A stretch of 64,000 bases of DNA from assembly GCA_963663805.2 (NCBI GenBank), contig CAXXMR010000012.1:480001-544000 (forward strand), read 5' to 3'. Below the pieces are notes generated by a model. It searched no databases, was not told the origin of the DNA, and was given only the letters and a program-made list of their open reading frames with translations. Source of the DNA: Sedimentisphaerales bacterium (GTDB lineage Bacteria > Planctomycetota > Phycisphaerae > Sedimentisphaerales > SM23-30). Shown one piece after another: positions 41,064-50,465 of this stretch. The stretch's first letter is position 1, and each line of letters starts with the position of its first letter. The position numbers were made by a program, and so were the translations under genes.

Positions 41064-42530
41064 TTACCCTCCCCCCAGCTTCCCGTCCAGCAAATCACCC
41101 GCCACCTTAGGATTGGCCTGCCCTTTCGACTTCTGCATCACCTGCCCCAGCAAAAAGCCGCGGGCCTTACCCGCCTTCTTGCCGCCCGAACGAAAATCCT
41201 CAACCGCCTGAGCATTCGCCCCAATAACCTCAGCCACCAACGCCTCCAGCGCCCCCGTATCCGACTGTTGCACCAGATTATATTTCTGCGCCACTTCCTC
41301 AGCCCCCCCATCCTCGGCCATCATCTTCTCAAACAACGTCGCCGCCGCCGAAGCGTTCACCGTACCAGCCTCCACCAGCTTCGCCAACTCCGCCGCCTGT
41401 TCGATCGTCACCCCCAACTCCGAAACCGCACAACCCTTTTCATTCGCCAGCTTCAAACCAAACTGCGTCACAATATTCGCCGCCCGCTTCGGTTGCGCGC
41501 CCGCCTTGACCGCCCCATCAAAAAACTCCGCCGTCGCCCTGTCACCCGTCAACACCGAAGCGTCATAATCACTCAGCCCATATTCATCCTCAAACCGCTG
41601 CTTCATCGCCAGCGGCAATTCGCCCAACCCGCTCGCTATCCGACCCAGCCACTCATCATCAATCTCCACCGGCACCAAATCCGGCTCCGGAAAATAACGA
41701 TATTCATGCGCCTCTTCCTTCTCCCGCTGAAAAACCGTGACACCCTTGGCATCGTCCCACCCGCGATTCTGCTTACCACATTTTTCTATCGTGAAATTAC
41801 GGTCCTTTTTCCACTCCTCAAGCTGCCGCCATTCTTCATACGCCACAGCCTTTTCCACCGCCTTAAAACTGTTCAGATTCTTAATCTCACATATCGGCGT
41901 GCGATATTCCTGACCGTCGTCATCGGTAATCTTCAGATTGATATTCGGCTCAAAACGCATATGACCTTTTTGCATGTCCGCGTGCGACACCCCGATAAAC
42001 TGCACCAGCTTCTGCAGCTCCATCGCCATAATCCGGCATTCCTCGGCACTGCCCAAATCAGGCTCCGAAACTATCTCCAAAAGCGGCGTACCCGTCCGAT
42101 TCAAATCAACCTGCGAATGGTCCAGCCCCTCATGCTGACTCTTACCGGCGTCCTCTTCCAGATGAGCCCGCAATATCCGAATCTTCTTCATCGACCCGTC
42201 CCCCAGAGGAATATCGAGATAACCATGCTCACTCATCGGCAGGTCATATTGACTTATCTGATAATTCTTCGGCAGGTCCGGGTAATAGTAACTTTTCCGG
42301 TCCCACTTGGTAAACCGCGGTATCGAGCAGTTCAAAGCCAGCGCCGCCTTAACCGAATACTCATAAGCCTGCTTGTTCATCACCGGCAGAACCCCCGGCA
42401 TCCCGATACAAACCGGACAAACATGACTATTGGCCGGATCATCAAAAACCAGCTCACAACCGCAGAACAGCTTCGTCCGACAAGCCAGCTGGACATGTAT
42501 CTCCATCCCCACTATCAATTCAACCTGCAT
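41064..42530 (-). CDS. gatB: Asp/Glu-tRNA amidotransferase subunit B
   Basis: GMEIHVQL, YYYPDLPKNYQISQ, HLEEDAGK and YRYFPEPDL motifs. Confidence 0.98.
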   Translation of the reverse strand: MQVELIVGMEIHVQLACRTKLFCGCELVFDDPANSHVCPVCIGMPGVLPVMNKQAYEYSVKAALALNCSIPRFTKWDRKSYYYPDLPKNYQISQYDLPMSEHGYLDIPLGDGSMKKIRILRAHLEEDAGKSQHEGLDHSQVDLNRTGTPLLEIVSEPDLGSAEECRIMAMELQKLVQFIGVSHADMQKGHMRFEPNINLKITDDDGQEYRTPICEIKNLNSFKAVEKAVAYEEWRQLEEWKKDRNFTIEKCGKQNRGWDDAKGVTVFQREKEEAHEYRYFPEPDLVPVEIDDEWLGRIASGLGELPLAMKQRFEDEYGLSDYDASVLTGDRATAEFFDGAVKAGAQPKRAANIVTQFGLKLANEKGCAVSELGVTIEQAAELAKLVEAGTVNASAAATLFEKMMAEDGGAEEVAQKYNLVQQSDTGALEALVAEVIGANAQAVEDFRSGGKKAGKARGFLLGQVMQKSKGQANPKVAGDLLDGKLGGG

Positions 42531-42616
42531 AACAAAATACCTCAAATTCCACCATAAATACCAATTTCACCCATATTCTAACCGCCCAACAACCCGTTGT
42601 CATGCCAATAGTTACC

Positions 42617-42962
42617 ATATCAGAACCGCCTACGCAAGTAGACAGTGCCGTTGCCGGGGTTCCAAAACCATTCATCATTAAACTCCCATCAAATATCCTT
42701 GTCTTTTTTGTCTATCAGAGCCACGCACGTAAGTAAGTGGTGCCGTTAAAATAAAATACTCCGACCGAAGGTCGAACCAAGCCGTTCACTTCTGCCTCAT
42801 GCCTTCACCCAATGTTTATTTAATTGCCAAACCACAATAATTTGGTATGATTAAACCTCAATGGCAATAATTTCCTAAATCCGCACACGTAAGTAAGCGG
42901 TGCCGTTGCCGTTAAAAATCCGTGTAATCCGTGTAATCCGCGGTTAAATATTGTCGTTGTTT
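42617..42962 (-). repeat. Cluster of three repeat-family copies between gatB and the transporter gene
   Basis: Three variants of CAGAGCCRCRCACGTAAGYAAGYGGTGCCGTT (about 42621, 42716, 42876) plus tandem AATCCGTGT. Confidence 0.85.
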
Positions 42963-42980
42963 AGGATTTAGACCAAACTT

Positions 42981-45215
42981 ATGACCGAAAAAAACGAAAA
43001 AACAACTCCCCCCCACTCCAACAAACTCGGTACTTTCGGCGGAGTATTCACCCCTTCGATACTGACCATCCTCGGCGTTATCATGTTCATGAGAACCGGA
43101 TTCCTCACCGGACAGGCCGGCGTCTTTCAAATACTCGTTATACTCATCCTCGCCAAAAGCATCACCTCTCTGACCGCGATTTCCATTTCCGCCGTCTCCA
43201 CCAACACCCACGTCGCCGGCGGCGGGGCCTACTTCCTGATTTCCCGGGCGCTCGGCCCGGAGTTCGGAGCAACCATCGGCCTGGCCTTGTTCGTCGCTCA
43301 GGCTATTTCCATTCCGTTCTACATCCTCGGCTTCACCGAAGCCTTCGTACGCACATTCCCCGAAATGGCCGACAACTATCGAAACATCGCCCTGATTGTC
43401 GCTGCCGCCCTTTGCGTCATCGCGTTTATCGGTGCCAAATGGGCCGTCAAAACCCAATACCTTATTATGACCATACTCGCCCTGGCCGTAATTGCCCTGC
43501 TCGGTGGCGCCGCCGTAAATTTCACCACCGAAAATTTCAGCAAAAATTTCACTGCTATGCACGACCAGAGAACACTGACATTTTGGCGAGTCTTTGCCGT
43601 CTTCTTCCCCGCCGTAACCGGTATCATGGCCGGCGTGAACATGTCCGGCGACCTCAAAGACCCCAGCCGCTCAATACCGCGCGGAACACTCGCCGCCGTT
43701 GCCGTTGGTTTCATTATCTACCTCACCCAGATAATCCTTTCCGCCGGTGCCCAAAACAGAGAGTCATTAATCAATTCCTCCTTTGAAACCTATTGCCAAC
43801 AGGCACTGGCAGGAGCTGGCTTCCTCATCGTCGCCGGAGTCTTCGCCGCCACCATCTCCAGCGCCCTGGGCTCCTTCCTCGGTGCCCCGAGAGTCCTCCA
43901 GGCCATCGCCCGAGACAAAATCCTGCGACCCCTTAATTTCTTCGCCAAAGGTTCACCACGCGGCGACGAACCCCACCGAGCCTTGATTATCACCCTGGCA
44001 CTTACAGTCGCGATTATTCTCTGGGCCGGACAGGGAACCGGCGGGACAGCCTTCGACATCCTCGCTTCGGTTGTCACTATGTTCTTCCTCTATACCTATG
44101 GCATGATTAACCTCGCCGCCTTTATCGAACTATTTGCCGAAAACCCCTCGTTTCGCCCCAGATTCAAACACTGCCACTGGATATCCGCCCTGCTCGGTGC
44201 CGCCGGCTGTGCCGCAACCGCCTTCCTCATAAACTACCTCGCCGCCCTGGTCGCCGCCGCCGTTCTGGTTATTCTATATATAATGTTAAGAAGAAAAGTT
44301 CTCCGCGTCCGATTCGGCGATGCCCGCTGGGGATTTTTCTATTCCCGACTACGCGATAACGTCCTCCGCATGGCCCGCATGACCAGCTGTGCCAAAAACT
44401 GGAGACCCTCAATCTTGGTCCTGCTTGGCAGCCCCGAAACCCGCCGAAATATGGCCATGTACGCCCTCTGGATTGGAGCCGAAAGAGGACTGGTTATACT
44501 CTCCCGTATCATCGTCGGAGAACTTGGCGAAAGAGCCAAACTCCGAAAAGCCGCACTCGACCAGCTCAACACTTTTCTCGACGAAAATGACTTCGAGGCC
44601 CTTTCCACCGTGGTCGTCGGCGAAACCCTGGAAGATGGTATGGCCGTACTGCTTCAGGGACACCCTATCGCCCCGCTCAGACCTAATATAATTATGATGG
44701 GCTGGCCTGCCGACAACCAAAGAGCCGAGTTCCTGACCCGGCAGTTAAATGCCATCACAATTCTTGGACTCAGCGCCGTAATCTTCAATGACCGGGGCCT
44801 ACCCCCCAAAAACGCGCCGAAAAATATCGACATCTGGTGGCGCGGCTCCGAAAACGGATTCCTAATGGTACTCATCGCACATCTAATGACCCTGAACTGG
44901 CAATGGGAAAATACCCCTATCAGACTGCTCCGGCTCATCCAGAACGAGGAAGGACGCCAACCCGCCAACCAGGCACTCGAAAAACTCGTCAACTCTGCCA
45001 GGGTGGACGTGGAAGTACAAATTATCGTCTCTGAAGACCAGTTCATAGAAGTCGTCCAGAGACACTCCAAAAAAGCCGCTGCCGTAATTTTAGGGTTCAC
45101 CCCGCCCCAGCCCGAAGAGGCCCAAAAATTCTACGATAAATTCAACAATATAATAACCAACCTCCCCACAACCCTCCTGGTTTCATCAACCGGCCAAGCC
45201 GACCTCATGGCCTGA
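42981..45215 (+). CDS. Cation-chloride cotransporter (SLC12-like) / amino acid permease
   Basis: GTFGGVFTPSILTILGVIMFMR, GGGAYFLISRALGPEFG, FFPAVTGIMAG, KNWRP and IDIWW motifs. Confidence 0.92.
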   Translation: MTEKNEKTTPPHSNKLGTFGGVFTPSILTILGVIMFMRTGFLTGQAGVFQILVILILAKSITSLTAISISAVSTNTHVAGGGAYFLISRALGPEFGATIGLALFVAQAISIPFYILGFTEAFVRTFPEMADNYRNIALIVAAALCVIAFIGAKWAVKTQYLIMTILALAVIALLGGAAVNFTTENFSKNFTAMHDQRTLTFWRVFAVFFPAVTGIMAGVNMSGDLKDPSRSIPRGTLAAVAVGFIIYLTQIILSAGAQNRESLINSSFETYCQQALAGAGFLIVAGVFAATISSALGSFLGAPRVLQAIARDKILRPLNFFAKGSPRGDEPHRALIITLALTVAIILWAGQGTGGTAFDILASVVTMFFLYTYGMINLAAFIELFAENPSFRPRFKHCHWISALLGAAGCAATAFLINYLAALVAAAVLVILYIMLRRKVLRVRFGDARWGFFYSRLRDNVLRMARMTSCAKNWRPSILVLLGSPETRRNMAMYALWIGAERGLVILSRIIVGELGERAKLRKAALDQLNTFLDENDFEALSTVVVGETLEDGMAVLLQGHPIAPLRPNIIMMGWPADNQRAEFLTRQLNAITILGLSAVIFNDRGLPPKNAPKNIDIWWRGSENGFLMVLIAHLMTLNWQWENTPIRLLRLIQNEEGRQPANQALEKLVNSARVDVEVQIIVSEDQFIEVVQRHSKKAAAVILGFTPPQPEEAQKFYDKFNNIITNLPTTLLVSSTGQADLMA

Positions 45216-45275
45216 TTACACTGCACCACTAAAAATAAAATTCTGCCAAAACCATATTTCGATTAGCGATGATAC

Positions 45276-45323
45276 GAACACCAACTCGAAACCGCAAAAC
45301 AGCTTCGTCCAACACGCCAACTG
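45276..45323 (-). pseudogene. Orphan fragment of the gatB 5' region
   Basis: Translates QLACWTKLFCGFELVF versus GatB QLACRTKLFCGCELVF (42444-42491); 39/48 nt identical. Confidence 0.85.
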
Positions 45324-45348
45324 AAACAGTTTGGGTTATCCTAAATTT

Positions 45349-45996
45349 TTAGGTCAACTCCATAAGCTTATTCCTAAAATAACAAAAACTTGGGGACTTA
45401 TTGTTATTTATATCAATATGAGGCGAGATATTTCTAGCCCATTCGGATTTCATTTCACCTATTTTTTGATAACCCTGCAAGCATAATACCAATGACCCTT
45501 TAGGATAAACAGCATCCGCAAGCCTCTCCCAGGTTCCACATATAGAATCATTTTTGTATTCATTTAATACGCGGTTAACAGCCTTGGGGTAGGCTTCAAT
45601 AATTGCAGATATATCTCCCAACAACCATGCTTCTCCCTCTTCAACTGCTATACAAAATCGAGTTTCTGGTTTTGGACAGCACGAATTAAAAACCGCCAAT
45701 AATTCTAATTTGAATTCTTTCAAACATTTGTCGTCCAAATCACAAACAACTATCAACGCACAAGAAAATTTATTTACCGCCTCATAAGTTTTTCCGTATC
45801 CACGTAAAATACCTGGCAGTCTATCAAGAAGAATGCGCTTATTAGGATCTGTTTTGGCTTGTAGATTTTTGGGTATTTTACCAATACCTCGATAAGAAAT
45901 AACTCTAAAAGTGTGCTGTTCCCCAATAATTTTAGGTACTATGATATCCAACAATTCTTTACCGGAACGGTCTTCAATAAGTATCTCAAAATGCAT
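45349..45996 (-). CDS. DUF4276-like TOPRIM-fold protein
   Basis: ILIED, VVCDLD, EEGEAWLLGD and SPSF motifs; 5 bp downstream of the ATPase. Confidence 0.8.
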   Translation of the reverse strand: MHFEILIEDRSGKELLDIIVPKIIGEQHTFRVISYRGIGKIPKNLQAKTDPNKRILLDRLPGILRGYGKTYEAVNKFSCALIVVCDLDDKCLKEFKLELLAVFNSCCPKPETRFCIAVEEGEAWLLGDISAIIEAYPKAVNRVLNEYKNDSICGTWERLADAVYPKGSLVLCLQGYQKIGEMKSEWARNISPHIDINNNKSPSFCYFRNKLMELT

Positions 45997-46001
45997 TCAG
46001 C

Positions 46002-47294
46002 TTACCTCGCATCCAGATAATCACTATACCACAACCCCCCCAGAGGCAACCCTTCATCCACAAGATTAACTATTAAAGGATCCTCACTGGCCCGCCGAAT
46101 CGAGGTAGCGCCATCAGCAACTTTTTCCATAACCCATACTTCTTCCGGAGCCAAAGCATCAACAAAATAAGGTTGATGGGTGGTAACAAAAATTTGCGAT
46201 CCTCCTTTTCGCCCTGTGGCATGCTGACGAAACTCCCGAGCCAAGGTCTCTAACAATTTATGATATAAACCGTTTTCCGGCTCTTCTATACAAAAGAAAG
46301 GGGGCGGGGTCGGATCTTCTAGCATCAATAGATACGCAAACACTTTTAAGGTACCATCGGACATTTGATGAGCATAAAAAGGCTCATTAAAACCTCTGTC
46401 ATCAAACCGGAGTAAAAGTCTGTCATCATCAGTTTTTTTGGTATCTATGTGCTCAATGCCCGGAATTTTGGCCGCTATGCCTTCCAAAATCTTCTTGAAT
46501 TTTTTGGGATGCTCCCGCTCCATAAACTGTACCACATTTGCAATATTATCACCGTGTACATTCAGATGCTTTTGCGGACCCGCCATTGGAAGGCTGCGAG
46601 CCGCATCAGGGGTAAAGTAACTTAAATACCACCCTTCAATAAAACGACGAAAAGCTGATATCCTGGGATGTTGTTTCAGAGAACCCAAAGTGGCAATACC
46701 TAGTTTCCTGTTATCTTCCAGTTCGACTAATTCAGTCTCTTTGCTTTCCAGGTTTTTATTAGAGGAACCCTCTATCCCCTCAATCAACTTGAAAAGCATG
46801 TCATCATTTTCTTCGCTTATCTGTTGCCCCTCAGATTCATTTTTCCAGGCAATCCCCCGGCCTTTGTTTATATGCAAAAAAGAAAAAGGCCAACCTCTAT
46901 CCTGCCCTTTACGTCGTTGGCGCAAACGCTCCTTTGTGACATAAGGACGTTTACTGGAATCCAAATCTATTGATAACTCATAAGTAATGGGCCGAGAATT
47001 ACCGTCTTCACGATAATATATTTGAAATTCTATTGGCCCGTCCTGTCCCAAAGACCTGATTTTCTGAAACCCACCTCTACCGTGTGCATCACAGGCATCC
47101 TCTACACCATTTTTCAGACAATCAGAAAGAAAACCAAATGCGTCAAATAAAGTGCTTTTTCCAACACCGTTTTTCCCAATAACAGCAGTCATTGCACTCA
47201 GGGGGGCATTATCCTGAGTATCCCAGAGCTTACCCAAAGTAACAGCTCTCAACGTCCGAAAATTTCTTATCTGCAACCCTTCGATCTTGGCCAT
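46002..47294 (-). CDS. Soluble ABC-superfamily ATPase (AAA_21/COG4637-like)
   Basis: IRNFR, GKNGVGKST, MSDGT, IEEPEN and TTH motifs; no TM partner. Confidence 0.9.
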   Translation of the reverse strand: MAKIEGLQIRNFRTLRAVTLGKLWDTQDNAPLSAMTAVIGKNGVGKSTLFDAFGFLSDCLKNGVEDACDAHGRGGFQKIRSLGQDGPIEFQIYYREDGNSRPITYELSIDLDSSKRPYVTKERLRQRRKGQDRGWPFSFLHINKGRGIAWKNESEGQQISEENDDMLFKLIEGIEGSSNKNLESKETELVELEDNRKLGIATLGSLKQHPRISAFRRFIEGWYLSYFTPDAARSLPMAGPQKHLNVHGDNIANVVQFMEREHPKKFKKILEGIAAKIPGIEHIDTKKTDDDRLLLRFDDRGFNEPFYAHQMSDGTLKVFAYLLMLEDPTPPPFFCIEEPENGLYHKLLETLAREFRQHATGRKGGSQIFVTTHQPYFVDALAPEEVWVMEKVADGATSIRRASEDPLIVNLVDEGLPLGGLWYSDYLDAR

Positions 47295-47717
47295 AATGAC
47301 CTCCAGACATCATCAAACACTGAAATTATTTCCTATACAAAAAAATAAAGCTGTTTGGTCTTGCCCTCCATAATCTCACGAAAAACTACATTTATCCATT
47401 AAAAAAAAATGGGAAAATTCCACTTACCAACTACCCTATCCACCAGCCTGTCCGCTCATTGATATAGTCCGTAAAATTCTCCTTAAAATCTATTTTCCCG
47501 CTTAAAAACCATCCAAAATTAAAAAAAATACGAAAAAATCGTCAAAAATCGACCGTCTCAGGCAAAACCGCGCGGAAAAATCAAACCGTTTCGCGACGAT
47601 TTCGAACAAAAAAACAAAGACTTACAGCCATTCCCCCCACGTAAAACAAGTACTTACACCCCAAATCACCGCAATATCGCCACAGCGGGAACAACAATCT
47701 ATCAGTGCGATACGCAC

Positions 47718-47747
47718 AAAAAAAGCGAACCCTGATGGACTCGCTTT
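47718..47747 (-). terminator. Intrinsic terminator of rpmB
   Basis: GCGAGTCC/GGGTTCGC stem followed by T7 on the minus strand. Confidence 0.75.
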
Positions 47748-47776
47748 ATCTAAATCTATTCTGTATAAAGACTTGC

Positions 47777-48043
47777 TTACGCCGAAGCTGCCTCTTCAGG
47801 ATTCCAGTTACGCTTCGGCGGCTTAGTAACCAGACCGTTACGAATAGCCTTGGCAGAAACCTTGATACGTACCACCTTACCATCCACTAAAGCCTTTACC
47901 TTCTGGATGTTAGGTTTGAATTTACGTTTGGAAATCCCGGTCGTCTTCCGACCGACACCACCCAGGTACTTGGCTTTACCACGACGGGCAATACTGCGAC
48001 CTGCACGGGTACGCTTTCCGGTATAATAACATACACGCGACAT
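47777..48043 (-). CDS. rpmB: 50S ribosomal protein L28
   Basis: MSRVCYYTGK...RKFKPNIQK...IKVSAKAIR. Confidence 0.95.
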   Translation of the reverse strand: MSRVCYYTGKRTRAGRSIARRGKAKYLGGVGRKTTGISKRKFKPNIQKVKALVDGKVVRIKVSAKAIRNGLVTKPPKRNWNPEEAASA

Positions 48044-48345
48044 ATCTAACTCCTGCTAAGCTCTTACTTAGTAAATACTTATCTCTATCTATCGCAACGA
48101 GTGCCCAGCACCCGCTCTTTCGCTCACTTACAAAGATTAGCCAGTATAACCATCTCAACCGGCTTTGCAAGCGATTTTTCCAAAAAAACTCACAGTTTCT
48201 TACTTGCCCTAAACCCCTAAATACAAATATCTTAAACATCGACCCGCAAATTAATTGACCCGCCAACCACCAACGGCTAAAAACAAAATTAAGGTAATTC
48301 TGCAATATCCGTAAACACAGAGCGTTTATTAACTGGAAACAACAC

Positions 48346-48918
48346 ATGGAAGACCAGCAAGCTCTCACACAAGTTATAAAAGATTGCCAGAAAGGCAGTT
48401 CACAGGCGTATTCAGTCCTTATAAAGGAATATAGCTCAAGACTTTACGGATACTTCCTGCGAACCACCGGCTCCACCTCCGACGCCGAAGATTTGCTTCA
48501 GGAGGTTTTCCTGAAGCTGCTCGAACATCTTCCAACCTACACCCACGAGAATAAATTCGAGCATTGGCTCTTCCGCATAGCAGCCAACCTCGCCCGCGAC
48601 CGGGGCCGTAAACAAACCCGCCGCGGACAGATTATCTCGCTTACCGGCAAGGATTTACAAGAATCGGGCATGGCGGAAACCCTGCCCGCCCCCGACCAGC
48701 CGCCCGACGCCGCCCTGCAACAAAGCGAACAGAACGACCGGTTGCAACAGGCCTTGGAACAACTGACCGAAGCCGACCGGGAAATAATAATGTTAAGACA
48801 TTTCAGCGAAATGAGTTTTAAGGAGATCGCCCAACAGTTTGATATACCAATAGGCACAGCCCTGGCCCGCGTCCATCGCGGACTAAAAAAACTGAAAGCG
48901 ATAATGAACGATGAATAA
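48346..48918 (+). CDS. ECF sigma factor
   Basis: DAEDLLQEVF, WLFRIAANLARD and SFKEIA...IGTALARVHRG motifs. Confidence 0.95.
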   Translation: MEDQQALTQVIKDCQKGSSQAYSVLIKEYSSRLYGYFLRTTGSTSDAEDLLQEVFLKLLEHLPTYTHENKFEHWLFRIAANLARDRGRKQTRRGQIISLTGKDLQESGMAETLPAPDQPPDAALQQSEQNDRLQQALEQLTEADREIIMLRHFSEMSFKEIAQQFDIPIGTALARVHRGLKKLKAIMNDE

Positions 48919-49408
48919 ACATAGAAATTACAAAGAGTTAAACGAAATCCTGGCCCGGGAAAATACCCCGGAAACCCAGCTTTCCCAGATAGCCGAAGAC
49001 ATTATCAACGGCGATAAGCTGCTCGATGAGTTTGCCGCTGTCAAAGTTCCAGACGATGTCATAAACCGTCTGGAAAAAACCTTTCACGATAACCTTAATA
49101 ATAGAAATACGTTACGCTTCCCCTGGGGAAAACTGACCCGAATCGCAGCCCTGCTGACAATTTTACTGGCGGGCACCTGGGCGATTCTTCGCAATGAATC
49201 CAGCCCCGAACCCGTTGACACCCAAACCGTAAGCGTCGCACCGGTAATAAATAATGAAAATATTGAAAACAACGATATGAATATCTGGGAACTGGCCCTC
49301 CTGGATGTCGATGAAACCGAAACCGCGGTTGATGACTACGCTCTCGAAGAATTATTAATCTTAATGGGAGATGACTTCGAGCAGCCAATTGAAACTATTT
49401 TTGGATAA
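48911..49408 (+). CDS. Probable single-pass anti-sigma factor
   Basis: Overlaps the ECF stop; one central TM; acidic C-terminus. Confidence 0.7.
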   Translation: MNKHRNYKELNEILARENTPETQLSQIAEDIINGDKLLDEFAAVKVPDDVINRLEKTFHDNLNNRNTLRFPWGKLTRIAALLTILLAGTWAILRNESSPEPVDTQTVSVAPVINNENIENNDMNIWELALLDVDETETAVDDYALEELLILMGDDFEQPIETIFG

Positions 49409-49419
49409 AGGAATACCAT

Positions 49420-50437
49420 ATGAAAACTTATGTACTATTAACAGCACTGATAATCGCTTTGTTGAATGTAGATACCTGGGCGCAAGGTCGGGGAGGCCCA
49501 CGCCATCAGGACAGGGACAATGAATGGAATCTTCTCCTTCAGGAAGGACCAGACACTGACTCTCAGGCGGAACAACCTCGCCAAATGCGGCGGGAGCGGA
49601 ACCGTATGCAGGACCAGGAACAATGCCCCATGAACAATCAGGAACCCTGTCCGCAACCGCAGGTCGGTCGGAATGAAGGACAAGGGAAAATGGCTAAATT
49701 CCGCCAGAAATGGCAGGATGCTGTGGCTTCTGGCGATCAGGAACAAATCGAAAAGCTCCGTGAAAAAGCTGCTCGCAGAATGCAGAAATTTGCCCAGCAG
49801 GCCCCCCAGGCTGGCCCGGGATTCAGACAGGAAATGCGTAACCAGGAAGGTAACTTCGGTCCCCAACGTGGGTTAGGTCGCCAAAGCCGCTGGGCGGATG
49901 CCGGACCGGAACAGTTTGGACCGGCCCGGATGCAACGTGGGTCAAGGCCGTTTCGACCGGGAACCGCAACAGCAGGGACGGGGCTGGTTTGGCCAAGGAC
50001 AACAGCGGGGCGGGATGAGACAGTTCGCTCGTGGTCCGCAGAGCGAATATGGATACCAGAATGAATTCGCACCCCAATTCCGTCAGGGTAACTACCAACG
50101 CACCGGCCGTCATCAAGGCTGGGCTGGTCAGGACCGCCAGGGTTACCGGCATCAAGCTGAATTCGCACCCGGACCGAAACGCGGCATGGGTCGGATGATG
50201 CAGCAGGGCAATTGTGATGGCCCGCGTGGAAATTGTGACAGACAAAGCAATTACGGTCCGTGGTCGGGCAGAGCGGCCCGGTTTGACCGACAGGGTAGAG
50301 GCCGAGGCTATAACAGCCCTCAAGCAAACTTTGCCGGTGAATTCGATGGCCCTGACGGTTTCCGTTCCGGTCGTCGGGGTTACCGCGGTGAACAGTGCCC
50401 TTTCCCCTGGCAGGGGAAGATAATAACTGTAACTTGA
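49420..50437 (+). pseudogene. Secreted Gly/Arg/Gln-rich low-complexity protein interrupted by a 1-nt frameshift (or sequencing error)
   Basis: ORFs 49420-50064 and 49898-50437 join into 338 aa if one G of GGG at 49939-49941 is removed (..MQRGQGRFDRE..); composition is continuous across the join. Confidence 0.7.
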
Positions 50438-50465
50438 GTTTAGCAAAGTAAATAAGGATTTCACT

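Noticed and set aside
41268..42557. 429-aa + strand ORF
   Set aside because: Antisense shadow of gatB, favoured by the strong skew.
42617..42962. CRISPR array or integron attC cluster
   Set aside because: Repeats are diverged and irregularly spaced; no cas or intI gene; no RYYYAAC/GTTRRRY hairpin architecture.
49930..49950. Programmed ribosomal frameshift or phase variation
   Set aside because: Only a G3 run; no slippery heptamer or long homopolymer.
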